Source: Thermodesulfobacteriota bacterium (GTDB lineage: Bacteria > Desulfobacterota > Desulfobacteria > Desulfobacterales > SURF-7). Taken from it: a stretch of DNA of 52,389 nt. The notes beneath the pieces were generated by a model, which was not told where the DNA came from, ran no database searches, and saw only the letters and a program-made list of their open reading frames with translations. Positions 39,100-45,797 of the stretch are shown here, piece after piece. Position 1 is the stretch's first letter, and every line of letters begins with the position of its first letter. A program made the translations under genes and the position numbers. The stretch spans positions 1 through 52,389 of the forward strand of contig JBMORA010000057.1 in assembly GCA_049320885.1 (NCBI GenBank). The letters are read 5' to 3'.

Positions 39100-39843
39100 A
39101 TGGAAATTTTTCTTATCTTCCTTCTCATTGTCGGTCTGGTAGGCGGGGAAGATATGGCCACGGAAACACCCCAGGGCGAGATACGCTTGTATCCGGAAGT
39201 CAACAGCCTGACGGTCATCAGACCGGTGGTCAAGCCCCTCTCGGATATCCTGGATGACCGCATCATCCGGCAGGAATTCGATTACAGCTGCGGATCAGCG
39301 GCCCTTTCCACTTTATTGAATTTCTATCTGGGTGAAAAACTGTCCGAGCGCCAGGTTATTCATGGTCTTCTGCGTTATGGAGACAGCGAGCAGATCGCGG
39401 AGCGACGCGCCTTCTCGTTGCTGGACATGAAAAAATTCGTCACCGTGCTGGGATACAAAGGGGTTGGCTATAAAGCGGAAATCACGGACCTGGAAGAGCT
39501 CGGGAAACCCTGTATTCTGCCGATCAAGGTCTTCGGATATAGGCATTTTACTGTTTTTAAAGGTATTTATAAAGGACACGTCTTCCTGGCCGACCCCTGG
39601 AAAGGGCATTCCAGTTACACCCTTTCGGAATTCAAGGACATCTGGTACGAAAACGTGCTGTTTGTCGTATATCCGGAAGGCGGGAAAGAATTGGACGCCC
39701 TGCGTCTCAAGGAATCGGACCTGCGGTTCATCGATGAGGACACGACTTTTTATTATCTTTTCCGGCAGCCGCCGTTGTTGAGTATTCCTGAAAGGCAGAT
39801 CGATGATATTCCGGGAACATTGCAATATTATAAACGACACTAA
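39100..39843 (+). CDS. Stand-alone secreted C39 family cysteine peptidase (FilB/FapD-like)
   Basis: RQEFDYSCGSAAL (Gln/Cys), RRAFSLLDMK, YRHFTVFKG (His), LADP (Asp); hydrophobic N-terminus from ATG 39100; no ABC transporter domains. Confidence 0.9.
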   Translation: MEIFLIFLLIVGLVGGEDMATETPQGEIRLYPEVNSLTVIRPVVKPLSDILDDRIIRQEFDYSCGSAALSTLLNFYLGEKLSERQVIHGLLRYGDSEQIAERRAFSLLDMKKFVTVLGYKGVGYKAEITDLEELGKPCILPIKVFGYRHFTVFKGIYKGHVFLADPWKGHSSYTLSEFKDIWYENVLFVVYPEGGKELDALRLKESDLRFIDEDTTFYYLFRQPPLLSIPERQIDDIPGTLQYYKRH

Positions 39844-39894
39844 AGCAGTAACCAGTATCCGGCGAGGCTGGAATCAATTCAGGAGGCGGCCCGT

Positions 39895-41853
39895 ATGAAG
39901 GATAACAGGGGGAACATGATAAAACAATCTGGAACGCTACTCGTCATCCTATGGACGATATTTTTCGCCGCGCCACCCATTTGGATCCCGGAAGGTCTGG
40001 CGGAAGAGTTATCAAATGAACTCGCGGCCACTGAAAATCCTCGGGCAACCGTGTCCCCGAAAAAAACAGCCACCTCCCCCACGGGTTATGCGATCCAGAC
40101 AGGTGTATTCCTGATAATGGAAAACGCCCGTCAAATGATGACGAATCTGCGCATGAAAGGATATGAACCATATATCTTTCAAACGGTTAACGATAAAAAG
40201 CAGAAACTGTATGTGGTCAGAATCGGTGACTATCGCACCCTGCGCCAGGCCTCATCCGCGGCTGATCAGTTCAAGAACCTGGAGCATCTGCCGGCGGTGA
40301 TCACGCCCATCAACTCCACCAAGGCCGTCGATACCCCTCTTTACCTGACAACAGCTTCCAAAAACGGCGTCATTTCAACAGAGGAACTATCGGAAATCGA
40401 CGGCGGCACCGGCTCGCTGATCGATTCCGAAGAACTAGCCACCATCGACGGTCAAACCGGCGCCATCCTGCAAACCGATGAATTATCGCAAATCGCCGCC
40501 CAGAGCGGTACCGTCATTACCACCGACGAAATGGCCGTTGTGGACGGCAGAACCGGAACGATCATACCGGCGGATGAAATGGCCACGGTGGACGGCCGGA
40601 CCGGCACGGTGGTGTCGCCCGGCGAACTGGCCACAGTTGATGGCCGGACCGGCACGGTGGTGCCTTCCGGTGAGCTGGCCACCGTGGACGGCCAAACCGG
40701 TCAGGCCATCCCCAAGGGGGACCTTTCTAAAATCCGCGCCCAGTCGGCGGGGGTGTCCTTTTCCCCGGCCGATGACGCCGAACCATTCGTCTTTTCACAA
40801 AAAGCCACGAAAGAGGATGCACCTCAGGAAGACGATCCGTTCGGCATCTCCTCGGAACAGGAAGGAGGAGGACAAGGAATCGATAACGCCACGGCCCGAC
40901 AGCTGAAAGACCAGATCGAAGCCCTGCAGGAAAAAGTCAACGAACTCCGGGAAGAAGCCGACGTCCGTAAAATTCTGGAAATCACCGAAGAGGAAAAGCA
41001 GGAGGAAGAAGAGGAAATTCTCTCCGCCACGGGCCGTGACTACACCATGGCCAAAAAGGGCAGCATTGGTTTTGATTACGGTCTTTCCTATACCTACAAC
41101 TCCTTTGATGCCATCGAGGATGCCGCCAACTTGACCAAGATCGAGCATCGCGCCCAGCATAATGTCACTAATTCCCTTGGGCTTGTCTACGCCGTGCGCG
41201 ACAATGTCTCCTTCGGCGCCAACATCCCCTTTGTTTACAGTTATGACAGCATGGGAACGGAATCCCCGAAAAAGGTCACGGACATCGGCGATGTCTCCCT
41301 CAGTCTTCAGTGGCAACCTCTCAAGGCAGGGGGCAGTCTGCCGCCGGGAATCCTCAGCTTCAGCTTCACCATGCCCAGCGGTCGAAGCCCCTATGAAATC
41401 AACCCGGAGGAAGAACTCTCAACCGGCTCAGGCCTGAAAAGTCTGTCAGCAGGATTATCCTTGAATCATCCCATGGATCCGGTGGTGACTTATGGCGGTA
41501 TCACCTACGGATATTCGCTGCCACTGGAAAATCTGGACTCCCAGCGCTACGGCGACATTCTCACGGAGGTCCATCCCGGCCAATCCATCGGCATCAGGCT
41601 TGGTCTCGGTTACGCTCTCTCGTATCAGTTGAACATGAACCTCAACCTGAGTTATTCGTACCAATTCGGAGCCGAGTATGTTTATCGATACAGCGGCATC
41701 CAACCATCGGCGGATTCGGCCAGCGCGAATTTCAGTATCGGCACTGGTTGGCGGATCTCACCCACCAGGTCTCTGAACATATCGCTTTCAAAAGGGTTGA
41801 GCAATGACGCGTCGGATTTTTCACTGGGCCTGTCCGTCCCCTTCAATTTCTAG
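39895..41853 (+). CDS. Outer-membrane transporter (FilC/FapF-like barrel) fused to a SPOR domain, 16-aa repeats and a coiled coil
   Basis: AGGAGG RBS; signal peptide; SPOR-like YAIQTGVF..ENA...L..KGY...LYVVRIG.Y; coiled coil (QLKDQIEALQEKVNELRE); barrel motifs IGDVSLSLQWQP, PSGRSPY, STGSG, DPVV.YG; terminal SVPFNF. Confidence 0.82.
   Translation: MKDNRGNMIKQSGTLLVILWTIFFAAPPIWIPEGLAEELSNELAATENPRATVSPKKTATSPTGYAIQTGVFLIMENARQMMTNLRMKGYEPYIFQTVNDKKQKLYVVRIGDYRTLRQASSAADQFKNLEHLPAVITPINSTKAVDTPLYLTTASKNGVISTEELSEIDGGTGSLIDSEELATIDGQTGAILQTDELSQIAAQSGTVITTDEMAVVDGRTGTIIPADEMATVDGRTGTVVSPGELATVDGRTGTVVPSGELATVDGQTGQAIPKGDLSKIRAQSAGVSFSPADDAEPFVFSQKATKEDAPQEDDPFGISSEQEGGGQGIDNATARQLKDQIEALQEKVNELREEADVRKILEITEEEKQEEEEEILSATGRDYTMAKKGSIGFDYGLSYTYNSFDAIEDAANLTKIEHRAQHNVTNSLGLVYAVRDNVSFGANIPFVYSYDSMGTESPKKVTDIGDVSLSLQWQPLKAGGSLPPGILSFSFTMPSGRSPYEINPEEELSTGSGLKSLSAGLSLNHPMDPVVTYGGITYGYSLPLENLDSQRYGDILTEVHPGQSIGIRLGLGYALSYQLNMNLNLSYSYQFGAEYVYRYSGIQPSADSASANFSIGTGWRISPTRSLNISLSKGLSNDASDFSLGLSVPFNF
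40369..40752 (+). repeat. Eight in-frame 48-nt (16-aa) tandem repeats resembling double-glycine leader peptides
   Basis: VISTEELSEIDGGTGS / LIDSEELATIDGQTGA / ILQTDELSQIAAQSGT / VITTDEMAVVDGRTGT / IIPADEMATVDGRTGT / VVSPGELATVDGRTGT / VVPSGELATVDGQTGQ / AIPKGDLSKIRAQSAG. Confidence 0.88.
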
Positions 41854-41868
41854 CGGCGAGCGCACATC

Positions 41869-43647
41869 ATGACCAGCAGAGGACAAGATACCCAACAACC
41901 ATCTCCGACTGAAATCCTCTTCCGGATTGCGACCGTATTTGTCTATCTATTCCTGTTCGCGCCCGTTGTCACTTTTGCGGCATTCAACGAACAGATGGTG
42001 GTGGATCCCATTTCCATTGCCTTGGGCAACTCCGTCACCGCCCGGCCCCCTGGGATTGCCTCCCTGCATTTCAATCCTGCCGGTTTGACCAAACTGCCCG
42101 AGGGCAAATTGAAAGGCAGCGGTCTTACGGTCGCCCGGACGGTTCGAAAGGTGACCACCTATCCGGATCAGAATTTCGGCGGCTTCATGAACACCTTCGG
42201 GCCAGCGGAAAAAGGCATGCGGCCCGACCCCTGCTGGGGCGTGGAAGGCACCAGCACCAGTACGGATTTGTTCATACCCATCAAGGGCGCCATTCATTTC
42301 GATCCCTTTCTGGCCCTGCCGACATCCACCCAGGCCTACACCAAACCCGGCTCCCGATGGTCCTTTGCCCGTGGCGTCATCTCACCGTTTTCCGGAGGCT
42401 TTTCCCACAAAATCAACAATGACCCGAACATGTTCTTTGCCCGGGAACTCTATTCCCAGCGAATCAATTATCTGTCTCCAGGAGTGGGATACCGGGTCAG
42501 CGACCAGTTTTCCGTCGGGCTGACCGTGGCTGCGGGGATGACCAACTTCGGCGTCAAGGGTTTCCGCCGCAGCCCGAGCCATATGACCGCCCTCACCAAA
42601 ATCCTCGGCGAAGCGACCAGGACTTTGAACATCCCGATCATCTCCCAGGAAACCCTTCCGCCTCCCTGGTTCGGCGGTGGCATCAGTCCCTGGGAACCGG
42701 TGATGGAAATGCAGGTCCGCATGAACGACTGGTTCAGCCCCAGCTACAACATCGGCGCCCTGTGGGAACCGAATCAGTATATCTCTTTCGGCGCGGTCTA
42801 TCAAAGTGAAATCCGCAATGAAATGACCGGCGACTACATGTTTTCCTATACCCCGCCCTTCAGGAGCATGATCGACTGGTTCGGCTCATCACCCCTGCTG
42901 CAAATCCAATCCGCCATTCTGGACCTTCCCACCCAGTCCGTTCCGTACCAGAAAGGCACAGTGGTGTCGGAATACAGTTTCCCCCAGCGCGTGCAGGCCG
43001 GCGTCATGCTGTCGCCATTCAAAAAAATGCGTCTGCTCTGCGATGTCCACTGGGCGGACTGGTCGGTCTGGCCGGCCATGGAGCTCCATTTCGACCAGGA
43101 CATCCAGGCCCTGAGGCTGGCCAAACTCTCTGGTCACACCCACGGCAACCGGACCGTTGTATCAGAAACCGGCCTTCACGACACCTTTCACTGGAGTTAC
43201 GGTCTGGAATACGACCTGTCCAATGTTCTGTGCCTGAGACTGGGTTATGAAGACCGCCAGTCATCCGTCAATATTCAAGATTTCAGCCTCTCCAGCCTGC
43301 CGGACATTAAAAAATACGGTGTCGGCGTCGGCGTCAAGATGAAAAACGGCGCCACCCTGGATGTGGGCTACTCCTATGCCGACACCGGCGATTACTGGGT
43401 CCCCAATGACACCAGCGTCAACCTCAACTCCCTCCGATTCACCAAAACCTCCCAAAGTCAATACGCCGGCTCCCATGTCAAATTCCGGTTTTTCGCCCAT
43501 CTGTTCAGTTTCGCCATCACCAAACCGGTGACGGTTCCGGAAGAAACCGCTGTCCGCAAAGCGGATAAATTCAAAAAGCTGAAACAGAACCTGAAATTCA
43601 CCATGGAAAAGCTGAAGTCTTCCCTGAATCCGTTTAAAAAGAATTAA
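41869..43647 (+). CDS. FadL/OmpP1-family outer-membrane protein (FilD-like)
   Basis: IALGNSVTARPPGIASLHFNPAGL plug motif, SYNIGALWEP, DVHWADWS, LRLGYEDR. Confidence 0.85.
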   Translation: MTSRGQDTQQPSPTEILFRIATVFVYLFLFAPVVTFAAFNEQMVVDPISIALGNSVTARPPGIASLHFNPAGLTKLPEGKLKGSGLTVARTVRKVTTYPDQNFGGFMNTFGPAEKGMRPDPCWGVEGTSTSTDLFIPIKGAIHFDPFLALPTSTQAYTKPGSRWSFARGVISPFSGGFSHKINNDPNMFFARELYSQRINYLSPGVGYRVSDQFSVGLTVAAGMTNFGVKGFRRSPSHMTALTKILGEATRTLNIPIISQETLPPPWFGGGISPWEPVMEMQVRMNDWFSPSYNIGALWEPNQYISFGAVYQSEIRNEMTGDYMFSYTPPFRSMIDWFGSSPLLQIQSAILDLPTQSVPYQKGTVVSEYSFPQRVQAGVMLSPFKKMRLLCDVHWADWSVWPAMELHFDQDIQALRLAKLSGHTHGNRTVVSETGLHDTFHWSYGLEYDLSNVLCLRLGYEDRQSSVNIQDFSLSSLPDIKKYGVGVGVKMKNGATLDVGYSYADTGDYWVPNDTSVNLNSLRFTKTSQSQYAGSHVKFRFFAHLFSFAITKPVTVPEETAVRKADKFKKLKQNLKFTMEKLKSSLNPFKKN

Positions 43648-43652
43648 ATAGT

Positions 43653-43681
43653 TTGACATCTGCCGGAAGGAATTCTATATT
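43653..43681 (+). promoter_or_regulatory. Putative sigma70 promoter upstream of the riboswitch array
   Basis: TTGACA-17 bp-TATATT. Confidence 0.65.
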
Positions 43682-43809
43682 GCAGATGGACAAATGGACT
43701 CCTTGGAGTTCCTCCAAAACACGGATTTGTTCTTTGACAAGCTGCCGGGAAACCATGCCTGTTCTTTGATATAAAAGAGACCAGACATGGGTAAAAGAGT
43801 AACCAGCAC

Positions 43810-43877
43810 GCCAAACCATGGGTAACCATGGGACGGAAAGCCACGGGTCCTGACAGCCTCAGGATAGCCGGGTTGCC
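43810..43877 (+). ncRNA. c-di-GMP-I riboswitch aptamer core, tandem copy 1 of 4
   Basis: GCCAAAC; P2 CCATGG-GTAA-CCATGG; GACGGAAAG; P3 tip TCCTGA-CAGCC-TCAGGA; GGGTTGCC end; flanking P1 TAACCAG/CTGATTA. Confidence 0.92.
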
Positions 43878-43905
43878 TGATTATAGAACTGAACCGTTTT
43901 TTTTA

Positions 43906-43970
43906 GCCAAACCATGGGTAACCATGGGACGGAAAGCCACGGGTCCTGACCCCAGGATAGCCGGGTTGCC
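43906..43970 (+). ncRNA. c-di-GMP-I riboswitch aptamer core, tandem copy 2 of 4
   Basis: Same core; P3 tip shortened by 3 nt (TCCTG-ACCC-CAGGA) with pairing retained. Confidence 0.9.
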
Positions 43971-44000
43971 GGAATTGTCTATAACAGATTTTTACAACTA

Positions 44001-44068
44001 GCCAAACCACGGGTAACTGTGGGACGGAAAGCCACGGGTCCTGACAGCCTCAGGATAGCCGGGTTGCC
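44001..44068 (+). ncRNA. c-di-GMP-I riboswitch aptamer core, tandem copy 3 of 4
   Basis: Same core; P2 carries pairing-preserving changes (CCACGG-GTAA-CTGTGG). Confidence 0.9.
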
Positions 44069-44079
44069 TCCTTCTCAAT

Positions 44080-44147
44080 GCCAAACCATGGGTAACCATG
44101 GGACGGAAAGCCACGGGTCCTGACAGCCTCAGGATAGCCGGGTTGCC
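44080..44147 (+). ncRNA. c-di-GMP-I riboswitch aptamer core, tandem copy 4 of 4
   Basis: 68-nt core identical to copy 1; ends 13 nt before the GAAGGGAG RBS. Confidence 0.92.
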
Positions 44148-44175
44148 TGTGAGTTTCACAGAAGGGAGAATGAAT

Positions 44176-44667
44176 ATGAAAAAACGTAGTTTCCTTATGG
44201 CAGCAATTATTTGGGCATTCGCACTGTTAGCAACCCCCCAGACCGGTAATGCGAAACTGATGGAAATGTCCGATGCGGATTTAAATGAGATCACCGGCCA
44301 GGCCGGCTTCTCGATTCAAGCCGGTGAAATGATCGGCCTGCATATCGAAAGCGAAGCCTTTACCTGGGCGAATCCGGATTCCGTTGGGCCGGACGGCTTA
44401 CCCGCCGCTCTTACCTTCGCGGATACGACCCTGAACGGGTGGATCTCGTCTCCGAACGGCATGAACATCGACTTCATCACCGAACAAACGGCGGCAGGCA
44501 ACAATGTCACCGCTCTCAGCATCAACATGCAGGACATGACGGTTGCAATCGATGATTTCAAAACCAATATCAAACTGGGGGATTCCAGCCTTGGTGTTTT
44601 CGGCATCCAAGGATTGCGTGCCCAAATTTCAGGAAACGTGCGTATATACACCCGCAGCGATATGTAA
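44176..44667 (+). CDS. Secreted FilA/DUF6160-like protein (short)
   Basis: GAAGGGAG RBS 7 nt before ATG 44176; signal peptide (..TGNA); KLMEMSDADLNEITGQAGFSI; C-terminal IKLG..SLGVFGIQGL...ISGNVRIY. Confidence 0.78.
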   Translation: MKKRSFLMAAIIWAFALLATPQTGNAKLMEMSDADLNEITGQAGFSIQAGEMIGLHIESEAFTWANPDSVGPDGLPAALTFADTTLNGWISSPNGMNIDFITEQTAAGNNVTALSINMQDMTVAIDDFKTNIKLGDSSLGVFGIQGLRAQISGNVRIYTRSDM

Positions 44668-44734
44668 TTGCGCGGATATATGCAGCGGTTACTCTTTTAC
44701 CCTTTTTCCCACAAATCGTTAGACCAGAGGCCCC

Positions 44735-45754
44735 TCAGCTTTCCGCACGGTACCCGTTGGGGTACCGTGATTGCCAGCGCCAGGCATCCCGACACATCTC
44801 ATCGATGCCCCTTTCTGCGGACCATCCCAATTCATCCCGTGCCCGGGAGGGATCGGCATAGCAGGAGGCGATATCTCCCGGACGTCGCCCGACGATGGTA
44901 TAGGGCACCCGCTGCCCGGAGGCTTTTTCAAACGCCCGGACCATCTCCAGCACGCTGTAACCCCGTCCGGTTCCCAGGTTAAGCGTCAAAAGACCGGGGG
45001 ACATGGACAATTTCTTCAACGCCTGGATATGCCCCCTGGCCAGATCCACCACGTGGATGTAATCGCGGACACCGGTGCCGTCCGGGGTCGGATAGTCGTT
45101 TCCGAATATGGACAGCCGGGGTAATTTCCCCACCGCCACCTGGCTGACATACGGCATGAGATTGTTGGGGATATCGCTTGGGTCCTCTCCGATGCGGCCG
45201 CTGGGGTGGGCCCCCACCGGATTGAAATAGCGCAACAAAGCGATGTTCCAGGCCTGATCCGCTGCATGCACATCCCGCAACACCTCCTCGATCATCAGCT
45301 TGGTGCGTCCGTAAGGATTGGTCGGGGAAACCGGAAAATCCTCCCGGATGGGAACCGTGCGGGGATCGCCGTAAACCGTGGCGGAGGAACTGAAAACCAG
45401 ATTTCGCACGCGACACTCATCCATCACCCGCAGCAGGTTGAGGCTGCCGCTGATGTTGTTATGATAATAGCTCAGCGGCAACCGTACCGATTCGCCCACG
45501 GCCTTCAAACCGGCAAAATGAATGACGGCCTGAATATCGGTCCGGCGGAAAATATCATCCAGCGCCGTCTTGTCCAGCAGATCGACTTCGTGAAACACCA
45601 GTTCTCGACCGCTGATCTCTTGGACCCGTCGCAAGGATTCACGGCTGCTGTTGCACAGGTTGTCCACCACCACCACCTCGTGACCGGCGGCAAGCAGTTC
45701 CACACAGGTATGGCTGCCGATATATCCGGCCCCGCCGGTTACCAGAACCTTCAT
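44735..45754 (-). CDS. galE: UDP-glucose 4-epimerase
   Basis: [64 protein letters not shown]. Confidence 0.97.
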   Translation of the reverse strand: MKVLVTGGAGYIGSHTCVELLAAGHEVVVVDNLCNSSRESLRRVQEISGRELVFHEVDLLDKTALDDIFRRTDIQAVIHFAGLKAVGESVRLPLSYYHNNISGSLNLLRVMDECRVRNLVFSSSATVYGDPRTVPIREDFPVSPTNPYGRTKLMIEEVLRDVHAADQAWNIALLRYFNPVGAHPSGRIGEDPSDIPNNLMPYVSQVAVGKLPRLSIFGNDYPTPDGTGVRDYIHVVDLARGHIQALKKLSMSPGLLTLNLGTGRGYSVLEMVRAFEKASGQRVPYTIVGRRPGDIASCYADPSRARDELGWSAERGIDEMCRDAWRWQSRYPNGYRAES

Positions 45755-45797
45755 TTCACCTCCACCAAGTTCGGATGAAGAATTTCATCTTTCATCC

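Noticed and set aside
39100..39843. Bacteriocin/RiPP cluster suggested by a C39 peptidase plus GG-like leaders
   Set aside because: The peptidase is not fused to an ABC transporter, the leader-bearing proteins are large with Sec signals, and there are no modification or immunity genes.
41869..43647. Fatty-acid or hydrocarbon uptake (fadL) function
   Set aside because: No catabolic genes nearby; position after the C39 peptidase and transporter and the ALGNSVTA.PPG plug fit the FilD-like subgroup, so no gene symbol was assigned.
43753..43790. Possible fifth degenerate aptamer (AAACCATG...CATGGGTAA)
   Set aside because: Forms only an imperfect hairpin and lacks GACGGAAAG and P3.
43897..43904. 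T8 run in linker 1 as an intrinsic terminator
   Set aside because: No GC-rich hairpin lies immediately upstream; not supportable without data.
43810..44147. CRISPR-like array (direct repeats with unique spacers)
   Set aside because: Repeats are 65-68 nt with 11-30-nt spacers, match the c-di-GMP-I consensus with covariation, and no cas genes are present.
44098..44175. N-terminal extension of the 44098 ORF, and small ORFs 43644-43844, 43998-44294, 28068-28298 and 28132-28329
   Set aside because: They are translations of riboswitch sequence; the RBS and signal peptide point to starts at 44176 and 28283.
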